Below, piece after piece: positions 13,582 to 24,639 of a stretch of 64,000 bases of DNA. The DNA is taken from assembly GCA_965645245.1 (NCBI GenBank), contig OZ287074.1, positions 1,054,001 to 1,118,000 of the forward strand, in the 5' to 3' direction. Both the position numbers and the translations under genes were made by a program. Position 1 is the first letter of the stretch; the number at the start of each line of letters is the position of its first letter. This stretch comes from Massalongia carnosa. Taxonomy: Eukaryota. The notes beneath the pieces are model-generated. The model worked only from the letters and a program-made list of their open reading frames with translations. It was not told where the DNA came from and did not search any database.

Positions 13582-15030
13582 TTATAATTTTGTGTCCTGC
13601 CTCGCCGAATCACTTAACCTTCTAGCTGGCTGTCCCTGCTCCTCGCGCAAATCCGAACTGCTGCTGCCACTAGGGTCCGCCTCCTCCGACCTCACCATTG
13701 CCGCCCGCTGCTGGCCCTGGAGCCTTACGCTCATAAGCCACTGTATATGCATACGCATACCGGCAAGCACCGCGTTCATGTGCGCTATCTCTTCCTTGGT
13801 CCGCAAACTCTCGTTCATCACCATCATGCTAGCTTTTGCGTCGAGGTCGGAGACGGCGGCGGAAACGCGCCCAACCTCTTCGCGAAGCGATTGAAGGAGA
13901 GAGAGGAGGTGGTGAGCGACGGAGTCGAAGGGGCTCCCGTCTTCCGATTGGTGGGCTGATATCGAGGGGTTGGGTTCTAAGAGGCTTGACGGGGGGTGGA
14001 GAGCTTCTTGAAGGGCGAAATATGAAGTCTGGAGAAGAGAGTTCTTGTGGCGGAGATGGTTCAGGGCAGTCTCATGGGTGGCGAGCCGGTCATTTTGGAG
14101 TTGGAGGAAAGGTCCCAGTTTCGCCAAAGGGCAGGTGGATGTATGCTGATCCAGGGCTTTCCGTTTTGAGGTAAAATCACAGCCGTAGGCTGCTGCTGTG
14201 CATGGCAAGAGAGCTTCGGGGCAAGATTCTAGGTGAGTCTGAAGGTGACATTGTGGGAGATCGGCTTTGCAGCTGGGACATACCGCTCTGCGGATGCTAC
14301 AGTGTAAATTTCTATGAGATTCGATATGTTGCTCTGTATATGACAGAGTACAGTAACCGCACGCGATGATGCTATGCAGACACTTATTGTTCCTAGCATC
14401 TTTCCTCTGCACAGTCAATGGACATCCATCCAACGGGCACTCCAACTCAACGAAGTCGCAATAGTGATCAACATGATCTTGAACAGAACCACGTAGTATT
14501 TTCCCGGTGCATCCTTTGTCATGAGATGGGCACCGAACAACAAGCTCGTCTAGAATGCGATTGATAATCTTTGGTGCCGGGACAATCGAGATCTGATTCG
14601 TCTTTCTCCTACAAGTCGGACAGCATCTCGCGTCGTATTCCTGGTGCACCAAGGCTTGACTGATACAGTTTCGGCAAAACACATGATCGCAATCAAGCCT
14701 CACAGGTTGCACGAACGGGCAATGACATATGGCGCACATAAGGTTGTGATCGTAAGATTCGACATACTCCAGCGATCTCAAATCCACAGGCTTTGGAGGT
14801 AGAGAGATTCTGTAAGGCGGAATTAAGCCTTGTCCCAAACGGCTTGACGCGAGTTCGTTGTTAGAATCATAATGAGTGTTCTCAGTGGTAGTTATGGCGA
14901 GCGCAGGGAGGGCATCTGCCTCCTGGTGCTGTTCGTTCTCAGACTGTTCTCCATCCAGATTTGAATAGTTTGGAGAGCGAATTGAATAGTCTTGCTCTGC
15001 GGATGAGCTCATATATTGCTCTGTCGACAT
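13582..15030 (-). CDS. RING finger plus TRAF-type zinc-finger protein (TRAF-like, probable E3 ligase)
   Basis: C3HC4 RING CAICHCPF..CDHVFC..CPTCR, repeated CP..GC..H..C TRAF fingers, C-terminal coiled coil. Confidence 0.9.
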   Translation of the reverse strand: MSTEQYMSSSAEQDYSIRSPNYSNLDGEQSENEQHQEADALPALAITTTENTHYDSNNELASSRLGQGLIPPYRISLPPKPVDLRSLEYVESYDHNLMCAICHCPFVQPVRLDCDHVFCRNCISQALVHQEYDARCCPTCRRKTNQISIVPAPKIINRILDELVVRCPSHDKGCTGKILRGSVQDHVDHYCDFVELECPLDGCPLTVQRKDARNNKCLHSIIACGYCTLSYTEQHIESHRNLHCSIRRAVCPSCKADLPQCHLQTHLESCPEALLPCTAAAYGCDFTSKRKALDQHTSTCPLAKLGPFLQLQNDRLATHETALNHLRHKNSLLQTSYFALQEALHPPSSLLEPNPSISAHQSEDGSPFDSVAHHLLSLLQSLREEVGRVSAAVSDLDAKASMMVMNESLRTKEEIAHMNAVLAGMRMHIQWLMSVRLQGQQRAAMVRSEEADPSGSSSSDLREEQGQPARRLSDSARQDTKL

Positions 15031-15236
15031 GTTGATGTGAAAGCCGCGACCTGAAAAGGAAAGTTTTATAGCATTGGGACTTCAAAACAAACAGATCAAA
15101 AGAGCTTCAATCGGAGTTCTAGATGCCGATTGTGCCGGCGCCTACACGGCTTGACGTATCACGTGCCTCAGCCCTGAGGCCTCAGGAAATCATCAGCCTG
15201 AAGTGAGGATGCTGGCGTCACCAGTAGAAAGACAAA

Positions 15237-16130
15237 ATGGCGAACCCCTCGCAATTATACCTGTTAGCGGACCATATTAAACTGTCACTACTTGAACGGC
15301 AACGCGCAATATCACTAAACCTTGAACCTACAACCCAGGATGGACACATTTCCAGATCGCTGGAGTCGATGCGAGAAGGCTTGGAAGCTCTGGAGGAAGA
15401 GCAAGGCCGGCTCGAGGCAAGTAGAGATCCGTACGCGTTAGCCAAGTGCTCCGTGGATTTTAACGATACTGAACACTCCAACAGGAAAGCCGGCAGCCTA
15501 AACGACCAAGCAACCCGCCTCCGGGGTCAATACGACGACCTAACCTCCCAGTTCCGGGGCTTCCCCAGCAAATCCACGTCCTCGGGCTCGCAGCCCAACG
15601 ACCCCGGCCTATCTGCGGACTTTGCCCGCGCCAAGGATTCCCGCCCGCGGAACCCCTCCTCGTCGTCCTTTCTCAAACGTTCCGCTGCCGATGCCCCCAA
15701 CCCTTCCAAGTCCGTCCGCTTCACCGATAACCCCCGCACAACCACCGCGGAAGAATATGATCCAAACCGTGCCGCGCTGTTCCCCTACCGCGACGAGCCC
15801 GAGGGAGTTCCGGATCAGGGCCCGTTGGATAATCAACAGATCCATGAGTACCACAAGAACGTCCTGAGGGAGCAGGACGAGCAGCTGGATCGGCTGGGAG
15901 ATAGCATTGGGCGGCAGCGGGAGCTTAGCATTCAGATCGGAGACGAACTGGACGATCATATACAGATGCTGGATGAAGTGGAGCAGCATGTGGATCGGCA
16001 TCAGACCACACTGGATGGGGCTCGAAAGAGATTGGGGACGATTGCTCGGAAGGCGAAGGAAAATTCGCAACTGACGATCATATTGGTACTTATTTGCGTG
16101 CTGGTGCTCTTAATTATTATCCTAAAATGA
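15237..16130 (+). CDS. SYN8: Qc-SNARE syntaxin-8-like (probable in-frame intron near 15431-15484)
   Basis: LLADHIKLSLLERQRA N-terminus, SNARE motif EQDEQLDRLGDSIGRQRELSIQIGDELD, C-terminal transmembrane anchor. Confidence 0.9.
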   Translation: MANPSQLYLLADHIKLSLLERQRAISLNLEPTTQDGHISRSLESMREGLEALEEEQGRLEASRDPYALAKCSVDFNDTEHSNRKAGSLNDQATRLRGQYDDLTSQFRGFPSKSTSSGSQPNDPGLSADFARAKDSRPRNPSSSSFLKRSAADAPNPSKSVRFTDNPRTTTAEEYDPNRAALFPYRDEPEGVPDQGPLDNQQIHEYHKNVLREQDEQLDRLGDSIGRQRELSIQIGDELDDHIQMLDEVEQHVDRHQTTLDGARKRLGTIARKAKENSQLTIILVLICVLVLLIIILK

Positions 16131-16466
16131 TAGCGGTTCGGAGTCAGGTCCAGGGTTCTTAGAGTCTACCATGAGTTTTAAGCGAAGGATTCATGGTGCT
16201 GGGAGATGGCGTCAGAGCGTGATCATGGTCGTTTACGCGGAGTGTCGTTGTCGATCTTGAGTTGGTGGTGCTTCAGCAGGCAAGGGTTTGCAAGGATCAG
16301 ACTTAGGAAAACCCTAGCCGGTGGCTCGATGTGTACATAGCATAGAAGAACTATTGAAAGTTCGAGTAGATTTCAAGTCAAGAGATCGCAATAAGGAGAA
16401 GAACCACCAGCATATAAGCTTTCACAAACCATACGTCCCTTCCCACACAAGCTCCTTGACGCTTTG

Positions 16467-16991
16467 TCATTTTTTCGAGTCTGTATGATCCTTCTCCAAC
16501 TGCTTCGAAGTCTCCTTCTGCAATTTGGCGATATCATCCTCCGCCGAATGCGCCTCATTCCGGTCCGCCTTGACCTACATATCCCCGCATCTCGAATCAG
16601 CAAAAAATCCTGCGTTCACTCTCATAGCGAGGACCGCGCTCTAATATCTTTGATAACCTACCGCAGCCTCGCTGTTACTTGACAGCTCAGCCTTCCAGTG
16701 GCCTTTGCCCTCCTTTTGCTTTTTCAGCTGGTCTTGGTTATGGTGGTCGATTTCACCTTTGCGGTCTTCGGAATCATCTACAGCTCGAAGCGGGAAAGGT
16801 TAACGCTCTGTAATTATCCATTGACAAGCTCTTGCGGAGTTTAGAGAAGACAAACGACGACTATGATCTGACTCGCTTAGAGCGGCGAAGGGGCTGGTAA
16901 CATGGAATGGACGGATTGCAGAGAGTGTGAAGGCTTGGGATACGGTCCAGCGCGGTGCTGACCGCGTGACGGTCTTGGTGAGAAAGGACAT
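16467..16991 (-). CDS. Small conserved fungal protein with mitochondrial presequence (3 exons)
   Basis: Arg/Ser/Thr-rich acid-free N-terminus with RPFHVTS; spliced core QKEGKGHWKAELSSNSEAAVKADR. Confidence 0.75.
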
Positions 16992-17186
16992 ATTTATTTC
17001 TTGGTTGTAGTAGAGAGTGGGTAAGTATCACGATGGATCTTTTGGTCTCTGCTAGAGCATCTCGGTGCAACCTGCGATGCGGTGCTTGATCTTAGTCCAA
17101 GCACGGATAATCGGCCCGTTCGGGTAGTTACGTCATGGTATCTAGTTAACGTTTGTGGTTTTTGTAGTACAACATAGTAGTCGTTA

Positions 17187-19343
17187 GAAGATTTCCCGAG
17201 GAAATGCCGCGCCCGGCGAAATGCCGCACTTTACAATTCGGCATTAGAATATTGTTTTCGTCGTTAATCAACAACTACAACGATTAATGGAATGTGTATT
17301 AAATATAGTATAAATAGAAAGTATATACACGATATCCGACCCTAAAAACCTTACATAGCAAAACGCCCTGGGCGCTGGACCCTTCTTCCAGTCGAGGTAG
17401 TTAAAACCACCTCCTCTACCTCTTTAGCGATAACACGAGTAGGCGGCTTTACCTTCTTCTTTCGAGTCTTTTGAACTTTATTTGACCCTGTATACTGCTT
17501 CTGCTGCCCGAGCTGTCCCTTAGGATATCTGTTTGCTGCTTTACGTAACTCCTTCTGAGCCTGCTTCTCAGCGGCCTTTGCTACCTTTGCTTCTGCAGTC
17601 AGTCGCCGCTTCTCTAGAGCGATTGCTACCTTTTCTAGCTTCTCCTCTTCTTTCTGTAACCTTTTAGCAGTAGCTTGTCGTCGCTTCTCGCTAATATCTA
17701 GATGGCGTTGTGCTTCTTCTTCCTCTTTTGCTGCTTGAAATTCCCTGGCAGCCTGTACTCGCCTAGGACTAAAGAATTGAGGGCCTGAGTCCTCTTCCCC
17801 AACTAAATTAAGCCTTTTACCTCTCTTCCTCCTCTTCTTTTCGTCCTGAAGGGTATTGCAGAGCCCTTTTATCACGTGTTTGTTGATAGAGTCCTGGGCA
17901 GCAAGGCGTTCGTTAGCCCGGAAGATCTTGGCTAGTAATAACTTCGTAGGCGCAATATCGTACGCTCGCTGCGTACGGCGAATAGCACGGCTTGTCATTG
18001 GTGTTTTTGGCGACTGAGAAGGAGCCTCGATTATCTGTGGTATGATAACATTTAGTATAAGGCTCGGATTGTAAGGCCAAATACCTGTTTTTTCGAAGGC
18101 AGAAGTAATTTTTTCCCCCGAAAATGCCTGCTGCCATGCAGGGAAGAAAACGCTCCAAAAGTCTCTTTTTGACATGTTTATCATGCCTAGACTATCGAAC
18201 ATTAGTCTATTCAGCCCATTGGTATAGAGCGTTGCTAACGGCGCGAATAGAGAAACGTCCAGAGACTGTAAACGATGCGTAGAGTGCGAAAGTAGAATCA
18301 GGAGAAGAATACGTAAGTTATCGCATTTATCGATAAACTTAAGATTCACGTGGCTAGAATGACCGTCTACTATCAGTAAACGTCTTCTATTTCTAGCCTT
18401 TTGCTTCGTATAACGCTGAAAAACCTGCTCTAGCCAATTCAGGCCAAGGATATCACAACTCCATCCTTTCGCCGATACTGCAAAGAACGCCTCGTCATTA
18501 GGATTTACATCCTCAACCCATGTATCCTGGAGTATGCCAGAGTCGCCTTTATAGATCAAGGCAGGAGGTAAAGCGGTTCCGTCGGCCCCGATACAAGCAA
18601 GGAGGTTGATAAACTTCCTATTCCCGTCCTGGCTTGCATGTCTGATCCGCCCTGATTCGAGGGCCTCTAGCGACATGATACGTTGCGTGGCGCTTGCTTG
18701 GCCAATCACAAAGCCCTTTTCGTCCCAATTGTAAAGGTTTTCCCCTGTGATATTGTATTTTTCGACACCGGCGATTAGCTAATAGAAACATTAGTTATTT
18801 TCGATCATAATTAATATTCAACAAATAGGAATGGGTAGTTAACACGCTACCAAATCGTAGAATTGCTTAAATAAAGGCGGATACTCAGATTTTATACGCT
18901 GGCTATCCATATTTCGAAGATAAAGACTTTTAAGCCTATCCTTGTATCGGCGGACAAAATCCCCTGTCCAGTTCTTCCCTACAGGCCCTCCTATCACCTC
19001 CTCCGCTAGGTTTTGTACAATTCTGGCGGTTGGGGGCAGTCCACGATCGACAAGGCGATTGATTTGCTGAATTAAGGCCTATTCCTGGGCCAAGGTAAGT
19101 CGTTGCTTGTATTTTGACGCGGCTGCCTTTTGGGACACCGTTTGGCCTTTCCAGCGCCTCCGGAGGGTACTTTCGACTAGGCTAAACCTTTTAGCTGTAC
19201 CCCTGAGGTTAGGCTGATCTTGCTGATTCGGATCAGCAATTGCGAGCTCGATACGAGCGTTGAGGGTGGATTTATTTATGTTTGCAAGTAATGGTTGGAA
19301 AGTGAGAAGATGCGGCATTTCGGCATTTCCTCGGGAAATCTTC
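17187..19343 (-). mobile_element. pogo/Fot1-type DNA transposon, 2157 bp, TA target-site duplication
   Basis: 23-bp perfect TIR GAAGATTTCCCGAGGAAATGCCG at both ends, flanked by TA at 17185-17186 and 19344-19345; encodes HTH plus DDE_1 transposase. Confidence 0.95.
17351..19279 (-). pseudogene. DD35D pogo transposase with intron 18850-18779 and in-frame TAG at 19081-19079
   Basis: NWDEKGF, LLIVDGHSSH, HRLQSLDV with 35 residues between the last two Asp; frame continues past the TAG. Confidence 0.88.
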
Positions 19344-21137
19344 TACGTAATCTACTCTATAGAATCACAATGATCATTGCTTCTTGCCTGAAACTTTTTA
19401 ATGAACGAACGTTTTTTTTTTGTTACGAATATTTGTTTACTAGATGACTTGTAGTTATCGTCGAGTTTACTCCCGAGAAAATGGGGAGTAGAATAGTCTA
19501 TTCTTGGCGTAGGGGAAGGAGTACAATTAGATTGGGTTTGGACAGAGACATCTCTTTTGGTGCGGATAAATCACTCGCTCAGGGATTAATATATGAAATC
19601 GACCTTGTTCTCTGGTCTTGAGTGTAACTGCAGCATGACCTGATCGAGGCCTTCTCAGGCGTGTCGGAGGGGTAATTATCAGTATTTGGTTCATACATCG
19701 CTAGATTGCACACACGTCCTATGGTATGTTCTTGTCTTGAAAATGGTTTAATCGTTTTTCGTATGGAGTAGGAAATATCATAAACCTCATCCAAGGTAAG
19801 TTATGCCGGCGCAAGAACAAGTGCGCAGTGACAGATCTCGTTCAAACTTGCTTTAGCCATCGTTCCATAGGCGTTGTTGCATGACTTGAACGTTTAATTC
19901 TCCAATCACCCTAGACAGCTTACTTTGGCTTTCAATTCGCCAAACGTTAGATTGTGATATTTTAAGACCAGGGTCAATGCGAGTAGTAGGCTGAGGAGGC
20001 TGAGGAGGCTGGGACCTGAAGACGATGGAAACCGTGACCCCTAACGTTGAGCATCCACACGATCATCCCCGGAAATGGTGGATTTCTCTGGGGTTTTCTT
20101 TTTCGCACAGTCGTCACATGGTTGAGATATACTTTGCACAAGACAGTTCACCAATACCAGCCCTGTATTGGTACCTGCAGGTGCAGACTAAGGCGTTAGC
20201 ATTTGGGGGAAGTTGAGGCCAATGAGATGTCTGGATTCGGATATAATTTCAACTGCGTAGATCTAACAGAAAAGTCAGTCCCAGAATCATTTCCTACATA
20301 CAGAGTACATCTAGCATCTACCTAACGCAAGTGTTCTTCAGTCTTGACCCCACGGAGATTCAATTCATTCCGTTCAGCCACATGGAGACGGTTATGAAAA
20401 GGTTGAAGGACGAAGGATGATTGGTGTTTGTTAATATATTTGGGATAGAAGCAATTTGAGAAAAAGAAAAACCGACCAATGAGCAAATCTATTTTCCTCG
20501 TATGCAGTAAGGATATGCTCGCAGATGATGAAGTGGTGATATTTGATATACTGGTCTTGCATGGGATACGTTCGACCTTGCACTCATATAACTAACGACG
20601 TGTAGTAGACGGCTAGGCCAATAGAGGCAGCCATTCAATTGGGCAGACGTTGGTCATATGCGGACAGGTTAGGTCTGTACAGTTCATACTCTGTACTAAT
20701 GCGCGGATGAAGGCACGGTGCATTTGGAATGCGGGAGATTATTTTAAAATAAAATACACAAGGTGTATGGAGGTCGACGAGGACGATTTGCAAATCGCAA
20801 AACGTTGTGCTTGCGTGAGATGATGCAGTTGATGACGTTGAATGAGGTGGCATGATGTGACAGTCAGGCGTTAAATTACCGAGTACTCCGTACTCTGTAC
20901 CTCTATACCTCGGCACAGCATACTCTTCTGTATTCTTATGGCACCGAGGCCGGGCCAATGCACAGACGTATTACCGAAATCCCGTGACTGTCACAGTACG
21001 TCAGGGACCAAACGAAACAGGGAAGGGAGGTCGACTGCCGATCCGAAGGGGAAAATAGAATTAGATTTGATGTGACGACGGATGATACTCCGTACTGAGT
21101 TAGCGACACTGGTGGCGTTGAGGTCATCGGGCGTTCT

Positions 21138-21280
21138 GTACCTTGTACAAAGTATAGTGTACCGAGTATAGTGTACCGGATACAGTGTACGAAGTACATA
21201 CCGAGTACAGCGTACAGCGTACAGCGTACAGCGTACAGGTACAGCGTACCGTGTACAGTGTACGGAGTACGGAGTACGTA
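21138..21280. repeat. Degenerate 7-bp tandem array, consensus GTACnGn, about 20 units
   Basis: gtatagt gtaccga gtatagt gtaccgg ... (gtacagc)x4 ... gtacgga gtacgga. Confidence 0.9.
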
Positions 21281-21990
21281 GACAGAGTAGTTAGAGCGTG
21301 TCGAATGTTACAGCACATATCATTGGGGAAGGCATGGATTTGGATGTTCGTTGTACGCCATTCAGCCTACTGTGTACTCCATGATTCCAAAGGGCACTTA
21401 TGCATGCTTGTTGCTGAAAGGAGGCCATCCAAGTGCCAATCAGCTGCTTAGCCCAAGCCTTGCAAAAAAAACCCCCCATTGAAATCGGTTCCATTCCCCA
21501 TTGTCCACCTTCAAAGGCCCGCCCGTCGGGTAACTAACAAGTTTGGAACCTTCTTCACGTCTTTTCCCTCATTCGATCAAGTCAGCATGTGCTTGGACCA
21601 ACAAGCCTCAATCGATCAGAACTCCATTCTAGCATTACATCGTGCTCGGTATTCTTCAGTGCCTCTTTCTTCATATTGCGAAACATCATCATTCTAAATT
21701 GAAAGCTTTTGTACATCTTAACAGCAATTACAACGGCGCACTATTCCTTCCTAGAATCTATACACAGCATCGAACCCACGGTCGCACAAGCCCAAAAACC
21801 ATTGGAATATCGGTTTCGTGTTTGCTCTATGCTATCGCGTTAGACAGAGGCTCATTTCACATCGAATGCGACTTGATTCACTCCCACGCACGGCCACACA
21901 TCCACGCTGTCGATATTCACATGTTGGCGTCGCGACTGGCGGCGGGCCAGTGGCGGAGAGCACCTGTTGAGGGGTTCCACTGACGGCGAA

Positions 21991-24639
21991 ATGGCCATTT
22001 GGCCGTTTGGCCGCAAGAACAAGAACAAGAACAAGAGCAAGAAGAGGGAAGATTCAGACGCTCAGAGTATGGGTGCGCAAAGGCATAAATCTTCTGAAAG
22101 TATAAGGAAGGTGTCTGGTTCAGAAATAAATAATACCAATCAGCCCGTCCTTGGAAGGATACCGAGTCGACAGGAGAGTCAACGTCGGAAACACAGCTCG
22201 TCAAGGAGACTCACGAAAGCACAACGTTCGAGAAATATAGATTCTGAAAAAGCGGAGCCGCTCCCTCCAGGTCCCTTACCTGCTCAGCCACCGCTGAACG
22301 GACCAGACGACGAGAAGGCCGAGTTGAGCGCTCCAAATCAGGGAAATACCACGGCAGGCCAGCAGCTCTCCAAGCACTCTTCACCTCGTGGGAACGTCCC
22401 ATCTTACTACTTCCAAGATCCCACCTCGATGTCAAGTTTGCAACCCGAAACCTTTAATGTCATACCAGCATTGCGCTCGAAAAGAAGTGCCAACGAGCCT
22501 GTGCTCCCTCGCCGGAAATCTAGCAAACGCAAGGCAACAGACCATGCTCGGGAGAAAGAAGTCAGAGCTATGACCTCACCCATCCCGGTACCCAAGCGGC
22601 CAACCTCTCATGCAAGTGGGCTTTTAGCGCGAGATAGCAAGAAAATCCCAGGCGGTCTCAACCGTAGCTTTCAGCGTCCGCTTTCCGAAATTTCACTTCC
22701 TCAACAAGAGTCGGTACACTCAGCCATGTCCTTGGCATCGGATTCACATGGCTTCAGAGTCAATGTATTCGATGCGTTGTCTCCCAGACCTACTATTCAC
22801 TACTTTGAGAACCCGCGAAACAATTCGGCGTCCGGAAGCATTGGGCACTCAAGATCGTCTACAAGAAAGGAAAAGCAACCAATTATACCCGAAGAGGTTT
22901 CGAAGTCAAAGAAGAGAATTGCCGACCTGGCCGATGATCTAAATGCTGGTAGTCTAAGGGAGCTTATGGAGCGTGATCGCCGTCGGAGCGAACGAAATCG
23001 AAGATCGGAGCAGGAAAAACTGCAGAGAAGGCTCCAACGAAAGGCCGACAAACAACGAGCTGGAGAGAAGTCACCTGAGGCGGCGAGCTATGGGCCTGCA
23101 AAGGAGAATATAGATCCTAACGAGTTAAGCGAAGATGATGTGGGTCTTGAAATTGCCAGAGCCACCACAGCCACAGCGGTAAACCCACCGTTTGAGCAAC
23201 GAGGAGCCCACGGAACGAGAACTCCAGAATCTTGGACTGACGCCCGATCAAGGGAATTCCTACCCTTGGAAAGTCCCTTGAACCATTCCTCTGGACCCTT
23301 CAAACCAAACCTTGAGTCGCCTACGTCGGGGGATGAGCATGACGTGCCGATTCTCAAGACCGCTAAAGCTGTACGGCTGTCCCAAGCCAGCATGTCACCA
23401 CCTACGTCTCCGACACACCAACTTCCTGGACAGTCCAGCCTTTCGCAACTGTCAGAGATTGGATCACGGAGCACGCCAGACATTCCCGAGCAAGATGCTG
23501 AGCGTCGAGACTCGGACGCTAGTGGGCGGTTTGCAGGCAATTGGACAGCGATATTCCGACGAAGCGGCACAAGAGCGAGAAGAGACTCCGCAGAGCGTGG
23601 GCGGGCAGCACCTTTGGAATTTTCCAATACTTCTCGAGAGTCCTTTGCCCGGCAAATGCCTCCATCGGCATTTACAAGAATCCCTCCGGCGCGATCAGGG
23701 ACTCCCGTCCGAACCCAATCCAGATTCAGGGAAGATCTACCCGAGCTACCGACTCCCCCCGATTCTCGGTTGCATTCTCCCGAGGCTTCGGTTCCGACCC
23801 AGCTGCCCCGGCCAAACCAAGTGAAAATCTCCGAACCCAGCATGATAGGCATCGTTGCAGCTCACACTCAGCCGTTGTCGCACATTCATCCAGCATTTCG
23901 GGAAGAGGTTGCCCTGAGCCGGCACCAGTCAATGAAGTCGCAAACCGCAGATATTCCTTCCAGCGCCATTCTTTCACAGTCCCTCGCATCCGTCGATTCG
24001 GAAGGATCGTGGCTCACCGGACGGCCTGTAAAAAGATCATCGCAGACGCTTGTTAACCCTCTGCATGAGAGTGGCAGCTCTTTGCAGCAACGCTTACGTG
24101 AGCTCGGGGCATCGGAGGAGGAGCTCCGCATTGCGGAGAATGAGAATGTGTACAGGAGCCGAGACGAGCTTTCCGTACGTGACCGTCTGCGCCAGCGTCG
24201 ATACCTATCCGGTGAAACCGGTATAGGTAACGACAGCGAGGATGACACCCTTCACTCCCAACCGCCTCCACTCAACCAAGATGAGGGAAAGTGGCATAAC
24301 GCAATTGGCAAGCATCCTACGATTGTGCGGCCTAGTGCTCGCGCTAAATCAAGAGAAGGACTTCTCAACGATTTCCAAGCAGCGGAAGACTCGACTGAAT
24401 CCTCGCCTTCAGGAGACTCACCTATTGGGCGACTCTCTGGTGATCAGATCATAGGCCCGGAGAATTCTTATATTCATCGAGCCACCAGCATCGACCTTGT
24501 CAGGGGACACGCGCGGCATATCAGCGCTGGAAGCGCAAGGCTTCTGAACCTTCCACCAAGATCTTCGGGTGAGATGAAGAGGCTCAGCACGGCATCTGGC
24601 GAACGGAGCCCGTTGGGAGAACCTTTACCTGCTGGGTAG
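21991..24639 (+). CDS. Large intronless, mostly disordered Ser/Arg/Pro-rich protein of unknown function
   Basis: 882-codon ORF from ATG (MAIWPFGRK); coiled-coil LRELMERDRRR; no domain recognised. Confidence 0.85.
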   Translation: MAIWPFGRKNKNKNKSKKREDSDAQSMGAQRHKSSESIRKVSGSEINNTNQPVLGRIPSRQESQRRKHSSSRRLTKAQRSRNIDSEKAEPLPPGPLPAQPPLNGPDDEKAELSAPNQGNTTAGQQLSKHSSPRGNVPSYYFQDPTSMSSLQPETFNVIPALRSKRSANEPVLPRRKSSKRKATDHAREKEVRAMTSPIPVPKRPTSHASGLLARDSKKIPGGLNRSFQRPLSEISLPQQESVHSAMSLASDSHGFRVNVFDALSPRPTIHYFENPRNNSASGSIGHSRSSTRKEKQPIIPEEVSKSKKRIADLADDLNAGSLRELMERDRRRSERNRRSEQEKLQRRLQRKADKQRAGEKSPEAASYGPAKENIDPNELSEDDVGLEIARATTATAVNPPFEQRGAHGTRTPESWTDARSREFLPLESPLNHSSGPFKPNLESPTSGDEHDVPILKTAKAVRLSQASMSPPTSPTHQLPGQSSLSQLSEIGSRSTPDIPEQDAERRDSDASGRFAGNWTAIFRRSGTRARRDSAERGRAAPLEFSNTSRESFARQMPPSAFTRIPPARSGTPVRTQSRFREDLPELPTPPDSRLHSPEASVPTQLPRPNQVKISEPSMIGIVAAHTQPLSHIHPAFREEVALSRHQSMKSQTADIPSSAILSQSLASVDSEGSWLTGRPVKRSSQTLVNPLHESGSSLQQRLRELGASEEELRIAENENVYRSRDELSVRDRLRQRRYLSGETGIGNDSEDDTLHSQPPPLNQDEGKWHNAIGKHPTIVRPSARAKSREGLLNDFQAAEDSTESSPSGDSPIGRLSGDQIIGPENSYIHRATSIDLVRGHARHISAGSARLLNLPPRSSGEMKRLSTASGERSPLGEPLPAG

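Noticed and set aside
21138..21280. CRISPR-like array
   Set aside because: 7-bp units without unique spacers, in a eukaryotic context with no cas genes.
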